From assembly GCA_012295275.1 (NCBI GenBank), contig CM022679.1:23560001-23624000 (forward strand): DNA of 64,000 nt, given 5' to 3'. This DNA comes from Chrysomallon squamiferum. Its lineage: Eukaryota > Animalia > Mollusca. Each line of letters begins with the position of its first letter. Positions within the stretch are counted from its first letter, which is position 1. Of the stretch, positions 57,027-64,000 are shown piece after piece. The notes below the pieces were generated by a model. It saw nothing but the letters and a program-made list of their open reading frames with translations. It did no database searches and had not been told where the DNA came from. The translations under genes and the position numbers were made by a program.

Positions 57027-58081
57027 GTTTCCTTTCCTTTTATTTTATTGATTATTTTATTCTTCCAAAAAAAGCGGGGCCAGAAATAACGACTCTACCT
57101 TACTTGTCATTAATATCAAAATAAAAGCAAATTTCTTTAAAACAATAAAATATTCACGATTACTGTCCAAATATTTTTTTTTTAGGAAAATTTGAAAATC
57201 GTATAATAACCTAACAATGACAGTTCTGTTCAAATTTTAATATCAACAATCTCATGTGACACAAAGAACATTAAAAGAAGAAGAAGAAAAAAAAACCGTC
57301 TCAACATACAATCTGTGCAAATTTGAATGTAACGTGCAAAATTTCATAAAATATCGAAATACCTAATTCTAGACAATGAAAATTATTGTTAACTGTGCCA
57401 TGGTAACAGGGCAGAGTTCACAGACAGGCTTTGTTCACGTTACAAGACAATTACGAATTCCCAAACTCTTCGTTTCAATTGAACTTAAAGTTCATTATGA
57501 TTTCTGCGGTTAAAATAATAATGATGAAGACGACGACGATGATGATGATGATGATGATGATAATAAGAAGAAGAAGAAGAAGTAAAACAACAATAACAAA
57601 CACGACGACGACAAGAATAACAGTAATAACAACAACAACAACATAATAATAATAAAGACACACGAAGAAATTATTACATAAAAAAAGAAACAAACAATAA
57701 ATAAGTAAGTAAACAAACAAACAAATAAACAGATAATGAATCAATACAAATTAATGAGGAAACAATAACAATAAATATTAAATAGGAGTTAATGTATGAT
57801 TTACACGCGTTAGGTTTACTATTTAAAATATATGAAAACACATTATCTCTAAGAGGAACGTGTAGATATGTCTGTGTATGGCTGGAATGGTTGAAAATTG
57901 TCTATCAGACTTGAAAATCGATTGCTCTCCTAGGACAGTGAAAAGAAATTAATATCGCTTCTAGTGTACGTGACTGGAATGAAGTTTTTATCAATATCTA
58001 AGACATGATATTAAATAGTTTTTCGAAATTGTATATATTTGTGATAAGTGTAAATGTTATTATTAAAGTTTATAAGTGGGT

Positions 58082-58098
58082 GTTGATGAGTGAGATGT

Positions 58099-58194
<96 letters not shown>

Positions 58195-58339
58195 AGTGAA
58201 TAGTTATGCAGTTATGCAGAGAGAGAGAGAGATCAGTGAATAGTTATGCAGTTATGCAGAGAGAGAGAGAGAGATCAGTGAATAGTTATGCAGTTATGCA
58301 GAGAGAGAGAGAGAGAGATCAGTGAATAGTTATGCAGTT

Positions 58340-58402
<63 letters not shown>
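58082..58402 (+). repeat. (GA)n microsatellite interleaved with four identical 26-bp cores
   Basis: TCAGTGAATAGTTATGCAGTTATGCA at 58193, 58233, 58275 and 58319, separated by (GA)7, (GA)8 and (GA)9. Confidence 0.95.
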
Positions 58403-58406
<4 letters not shown>

Positions 58407-59104
58407 GACAAACAGATAGACAGACAGAGTGAGAATTCTAAAAAAAACAAAAACAACAAGCAATAGTTTGAATCACAAAAGAATAATAACAAAATCCCCT
58501 GCAGTGATTTTATTCTTTTCAGACAAACAATAATTGATTTTCTTTCACATGAAACCATAAATAACTATAAAAAAATGTTCAAATCAGAAAACAGAAAGAA
58601 AACTTAATACATAATGCATTAATACAAAAATTAAAATAAAACCCCCACATTAATTCTGTCTGTTACGGTTATAGTATTTTGACATAAATGGATATTAAAT
58701 GTCAAGCAGATGATATATATAATTTTTTTATTTTTTAATATGTTCGATGGAGAAAGCCTGCTGTTTTCACTGGAAAGGTTACTTTTTATCGATTACCGGC
58801 CCAAAAGATCGAACACTATACAAAAAAGACAGATTTTTTTAAGGGTTATAAGTTTCAAAATATAAAAGCTGGGGGAAAAAATAAAAATGAATTAAAGCGA
58901 ATGCAAATAGAAAACAAAAAAGAGTTAAGTTAATAAAGGAACACAGGATTTTGATCAATATTATAAAAGAAAAACAAAATAAAAACAAAAGAACAATAAA
59001 AAAAATATATATATATATATATATATATTAAACAAACAAGCAAAAATGAGGAATAAAATAAAATCAATAAATAAATAAATAATTTAAATAATAAAAATGT
59101 AATA

Positions 59105-59136
<32 letters not shown>

Positions 59137-59707
59137 GACGAAGAAGAAGAAGAAGAAGAAGAAGAAGAAAAAAAAGTAAAGAAAATAAAAAAAAACAAAA
59201 TAAACAGAAAAAAAAAAAAACACACCAAAAAATTCAAAAAATTTAAAAAGAAAGAAAAACAGAAAAATGGCGTCTGTCCTAAGAGTTAGCAAAAAGATGT
59301 TCATTACAGAACGAATTTAAATCGATTTCTTTACGCGCTGTAAACTTGAAACAGGCACGTACAATAAAAAGCTCGTAAACTAGCTTTTCCAGATCCCAGT
59401 CGGAGTAGCAGGTTTCTGAAATTACGTCTGACCGCTGACATAACACAGCATTTCAAGGCTGGGTCAATCAATGTTTGGCGAAAGTTAATCAAATTTATTT
59501 TTGGCAGAATGAATAAAGGAAAAAAAAAATATTAAAAAAAAAGAAAGAAAACTGAATTAAAGAACGAAAGAATTGAGCAATATTTAACAAAATATATACC
59601 CATATATACGCACTTAACTGGAATATTAATTAATTAATTAATTAACTAATTTATTATTTTTATTATTGTTGATGTTGTTGTTATTATTTTTATTATTGTT
59701 GATGTTG

Positions 59708-59759
<52 letters not shown>

Positions 59760-59834
59760 AGATTAAACTGTTACCATAAAACCGCGCTCTCCACTAAACG
59801 CCAAACCAGCTAACTTTAATAATAATATATCAAA

Positions 59835-60125
59835 CATACATACAGACACACACTCACACCATACACACAGACACACACTCTCACTCATTCACACAGACAC
59901 ACTCACACTCACACCCATACACACACACAGACACTCTCACACTCACACCCATACACACACACAGACACACTCTCACTCATACACACTCACAAGCATAGAC
60001 ACTCACACACACAAACACACTCACACTCACACCCATACACACACAGACACTCTCACACTCACACTCATACCCACACACACTCACACTCACACACATATAC
60101 ACACAGACACACACGCACACAGACA
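59835..60125 (+). repeat. Compound CA-rich minisatellite
   Basis: Recurring CACACTCACACCCATACACACACAGACAC-like units. Confidence 0.8.
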
Positions 60126-60596
60126 TACAACGAAGACTATGTAACAACGCGAATATTAGCAGATACTCATACGTTTACACGGAGCATTAACTAGAATAGG
60201 TAACAGATCAACATGGCCTCTGACAAGATTCGACCCTAGAAGCGTCTCGTTCACGTTGTGTCATGCTGTGTCACGCTGTTAGTTAATTATCTGTTACGTC
60301 TTCAAGTTTTCCATTACGTTTTAAATTGAAGTCATCACGTAAAGGTCAGACACTGTATCCTTTAGTTAACACGGCCAGGCATGTCACGTGACATAGAGTA
60401 ATTTACTTACTGATTACACATTTGCATGACAAATAACCTAATTAATTTCCTTAATGAGTATCGCTATTAGAGGAAGTACTTTATATAATAAAATGATTAT
60501 ATTAACCACCCCCCTCATAGTAACATTAAATAAATAAATAAACAAAACAAAATAAATATGATTGTTTTTGGATTCGCGATTCCATTATATTTAAAA

Positions 60597-60635
<39 letters not shown>

Positions 60636-62571
60636 AAGAAAAGAAGAGGGAAAAACGATATTCCTTATTATGGTGAAAATATATAAATAAATAAGAAAAG
60701 AAACAACAATAGCTATGTAATCATTTTAAAAAAGTAAAACAAACCAAAAAAAAATAAAAATAAAAAATAAAACAAAACAAAACAAAACAAAAAAAAAAGA
60801 AAGAAAGAGAGAAAGAAAAACAACAACTGCAAACAAAGAATATAAACCAACAACAAAAGAACAAAATAATAACAATAACAATACAACTGGCAAAACAAAA
60901 TAACAACAATAATAACAAGTAATAATGTTATATTGTTACACTGAACTGGTTACAAACAATTTACGTATATTGTACATATGAGAATACATATGAGAATAAT
61001 ACAACAACAATAGTAATAACAATAATAAAACCCACAGACTGTTATATAAATATCATTAACATCTCTTTCACTCTGCAAACGTCAAAATCCATTTCCTAGA
61101 CTTCAGTTTCACGAAATGCAATTAATTTAGTCACTTCCCTGAAATGAATTTGAATAAAAAGAAAGACAATAAAAGACATCTCAAAGTACGGGGACATTAT
61201 CATCGCGATCAGACAATCGATTTCTCATCACATTGATCTAGATTTGGGCCGTCCTTCTTGTCTATTTCACAGCCGATGTTGATGCAGAATCTGCTCCCAG
61301 CTCGTTGGATTACCACGCGACTGGCAAGAATATTTCAGTTATAACCGATTGCGTAGTCACGTGATGAAGTAACCTCTGTTTACCTCAGAGTGACAGATGA
61401 ATTTATTCATTGTGCTTCTTTGATAAATTATTCTCGATTTCGAGATTACGAATCTTTTTTTTTTATTTTTATTTTTTTATTTTTATTTTTTTATATGTCA
61501 TTTCCCTGGCCTTTTCTAACCCGAGACTGTTAGAATTCTTGATTTTTCTACCAGTTATAATTATTATGTTCTTTGTGATAGAATTTCAAATATGGCCTCG
61601 ATGGCTTGTTAAAATTATTGTTCACATGGAAGATTCCTGGGTGGCTATATTTCTACAGAATGTAAACTGTGGTCTTGGAGTCGCATCCATATCGGGAATT
61701 TATGATCTACTGATACTACACAGAGCTTTAGATTATGCACTAACATACCAATATATATATATATCTAAGCAAAGTAATTATACTATGCCTTTATTTTCAA
61801 TGCTAAGATCCCTGTATGGCCTCTTCTGTCTATACTTAGTAGCTTCATCCTCCAGTTAGATAGCAGCATCCAGTAATCGAATCAGTAGCTTATTCGGATC
61901 AAAGGCAGCTCGTTTCTCGGTCTGGACCCAGTAATAAAGATGCTAGACCTTTAAATCCAGGAGTTACGTCCCGGAATCGACGAATTCTTATTTGATACTG
62001 AGACCGAATCGCAGTGTAGAAGGATTGGTCTTTACTTGTACTAGACAGTTATGGTCCAAGGTATCCAATACAGACTCTGCTGCCTTCATTTGTATCAAAA
62101 CTTATGGTCCAAGACTGCAATTCTGAACAGACTTTGTAGTCTTCTCTTATTGTAGACATTGTCTCAGGAATAGCGTCCAAGTAATTACTGTCTGGCCTGC
62201 GACCATTGTGTTTTTTTCTGTGACAAGGATCATACAAGGATTATGCCCCTAAACAATGATTAAATTAAAAGGTTCACTATTTTTTCACACTAACTTTAGA
62301 ATCTCTGCGAAAGCCTTGACGTCAGTAGACTAAGTATACAGATTTTTTAAATTTTTTTTTTTTTTTGGACATATTAGAGAGGCAAATACGTATATGCAAG
62401 CAATGAAATAACAAATACGTCAAAAGAATACCGAAGTAGGTTTAAAACAAATATTGTTCACTGATATTATATTAATAAATGTTTATTTATTTTTTGTTGT
62501 TTTGTTGTTTATGTATATGAAGTTTGTATGAAAAGAATAAAGACAAAGTATGTTGTGAATTTTTATTTGGA

Positions 62572-62672
<101 letters not shown>

Positions 62673-63296
62673 CCAGTTAATTCTGATTATATGTTAAGTC
62701 TTAATTAATAATAAAAAATGTTGACTCTACATATGAAAGTTTGATTTGGAGATCAATAGATTATTTATTGTCAGAAAAAAAACTAAAGTTTCAAATAACG
62801 AGGCGAAATTAATGCATTCGAAAAAGTTAAAAACAGAAAACAAAACTGGAATTAAGAAATAAAGGGAAAAATGAATAACGAAAGAAGCGAGGGAAGGAAG
62901 AAAGAACAAACAAATGAAAGAGAGAAGGACGAAACAATGGAAGGAGAGAAGAAGAAAAGACAGCTAACACGTTTCACAAACGCAGCTCCGGACACGTTTA
63001 TTAAGAGCTGCAAGACCCGGGATGATAAATAAATAAATTGCACTGTGCTTGGATAAGTGTCTTAGAAAATGAAGCAATTTGAAAAGTGAAAAGACCATTA
63101 GACCCAGCGGAACAGCACGTTAATACGTCTTTGAAAACACCGGCCTCGGTTTTATAGCTGTATTGGTTGGTGCAAGTCCATTTGTGGAGAGGTTTTATTA
63201 GATTTAGAACGAGAACTTAATACGTTTGTTACTTACTGGGAATGGTGTATGTGTATACGGTATCAGAGGTTCGTGTTGTGGTAATAATCAATAAAG

Positions 63297-63422
<126 letters not shown>

Positions 63423-63643
63423 TAAAAAAAAGAATGAATAAAAAATGTAATGAAGGAATATAAAAATAAAAAATAATACAGATTATAATAAAGTTAATTT
63501 ATTATTGCAGTTCTGAATGAAATCCAGTGTTAGAATGACATTATCTGGAGAGCGAAAGAGAGATGTGAAGATAGAGAGAGCGAACGAGAAACAGAGACGT
63601 AAACATTCGTACACTTGTCTATAGATAATTTTATAATCTTGTA

Positions 63644-63690
<47 letters not shown>

Positions 63691-64000
63691 GAGAGTGTGT
63701 ATGTGTTTATAAAGCGAGAGAGAGAATAGAAAAAAATAATTACAAGAAACATTTAGACTTTATAAAATACTTTCGTTATTATTGTGTAACACATCTGTGT
63801 CTCTGACTCACACAGACAACAGCTGTGTTTCATATTTCAAAATCTCCACCAACTTCTTTCCTTACACCACATTTTTCTGTGTACGTCCGTGTTTCTGTCT
63901 GTCAGTGAGATAGTTATTAGACGAAAATACACGACATATTTCTCCACCGTAAATACCTGTTATTATTACTTTCAGAGCGAGAAACACGTGGTGTGTAGAT

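Noticed and set aside
58193-58344. CRISPR-like repeat-spacer array
   Set aside because: Spacers are pure (GA)n, the context is eukaryotic, and there are no cas genes.

Overview
Very AT-rich, microsatellite-dense eukaryotic DNA from an invertebrate animal (probably a mollusc; inference, not confirmable here). I assembled five protein-coding genes by hand from splice sites. RNF181 (-, 6 exons, one GC-AG intron) lies head-to-head with BLOC1S2 (+, 5 exons). macroH2A (-, 379 aa) lies head-to-head with a two-exon CD225/dispanin membrane-protein gene (+). An ARL4-like GTPase (+, one coding exon) carries two 1-nt homopolymer deletions and a Gln->Arg change at the catalytic switch-II position. There are 8 full tRNA-Leu(UAA) genes plus a remnant, five of them inside the dispanin intron. 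No gene is recognisable from about 36.3 kb to 64 kb; this part is CpG-retaining and has CTCF-like and CRE/E-box motifs. Best candidate for an undescribed system: macroH2A has two intact, diverged 175-nt copies of macrodomain exon 7, which must be spliced mutually exclusively. This is a different exon from the vertebrate macroH2A1.1/1.2 switch. The 1.1-kb intron between the copies is tiled almost end to end by four long-range inverted-repeat stems. Novelty could not be checked against databases or literature.
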